The notes below the pieces were generated by a model. The model was not told the DNA's origin. It did no database searches and was given only the letters and a program-made list of their open reading frames with translations. Position numbers and translations under genes: made by a program. Shown here piece after piece: positions 63,535 through 64,000 of a stretch of 64,000 nucleotides of DNA. The DNA is taken from contig OZ024741.1 of NCBI GenBank assembly GCA_964016885.1, positions 298,158,001 to 298,222,000 on the forward strand, given 5' to 3'. This stretch comes from Eledone cirrhosa. Its lineage: Eukaryota. How positions within the stretch are numbered: position 1 is the first letter of the stretch; each line of letters opens with the position of its first letter.

Positions 63535-63698
63535 CAGGGCCAATGAGAGTGGTGTCCATCTGATACTTTGTTCTGGGGCCCAAGAGCTAAGAAGACCCCA
63601 CAGAAACCATGCAATATCCATTTTGAGAAAAATCTTTGCCTGTTACGGGCCCCAAAGTGGTCTTCTACTACCTTGCAAAATTTCTCTTGAAGGCCCTG
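63535..63698. mobile_element. Small hAT-like MITE
   Basis: TIR cagggcc...ggccctg; imperfect 8-bp flanks accacaac/actgcaat. Confidence 0.5.
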
Positions 63699-64000
63699 AC
63701 TGCAATCTTAGCTCCTTTGAATATTGTAAAGTCAAATTCTAATTCTGACAAAATCCCTGCTGATTCTTATTTAAAGCCATTTCATGCTACTTATAGTATT
63801 AATGCAAATTAGAAAGACACAGAGTCACTGCATTTCTTTTATAACTCCATTCATTTCATTTCATTTTACATCCGCTTTTTCCCTGCTTGCAAGGGTGGGA
63901 CGGGAACTGATTCTGGCTTGATTTCTACAGCTGGATGCCCTTCCTAACATCAACCTCATTCACAGTGAGTGCTGGGTGCTTTTTTGCCGTGGCACCTCCA

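Overview
AT-rich, microsatellite-dense eukaryotic (animal) genomic DNA. The repeat repertoire suggests a coleoid cephalopod such as Octopus, but that is inference. The window holds the 3' half of one minus-strand spliced gene, an LRRC9-like leucine-rich-repeat protein. I traced 16 phase-consistent GT-AG exons from 62915 down to 5689 (about 730 codons), including a probable 15-nt microexon. The introns are packed with decayed mobile DNA: RTE LINEs, a pogo/Tigger transposase, a complete but decayed Gypsy element with nested insertions, CRE-, Tx1- and R4/Dong-like LINE fragments, Helitron pieces, MITEs and tRNA-derived SINEs. The most notable unexplained structure is a set of short, mutually divergent insertions in (TA)n microsatellites. 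They are often fold-back palindromes, and many carry type I hammerhead ribozyme motifs (CTGANGA-stem II-GAAA-stem III-NUH), several followed by AATAAA. This matches Penelope-like pLTR or retrozyme-like remnants. One further hammerhead-like motif lies in the sense strand of the gene just upstream of the microexon. All calls are from visual reading; no database searches or folding programs were run.
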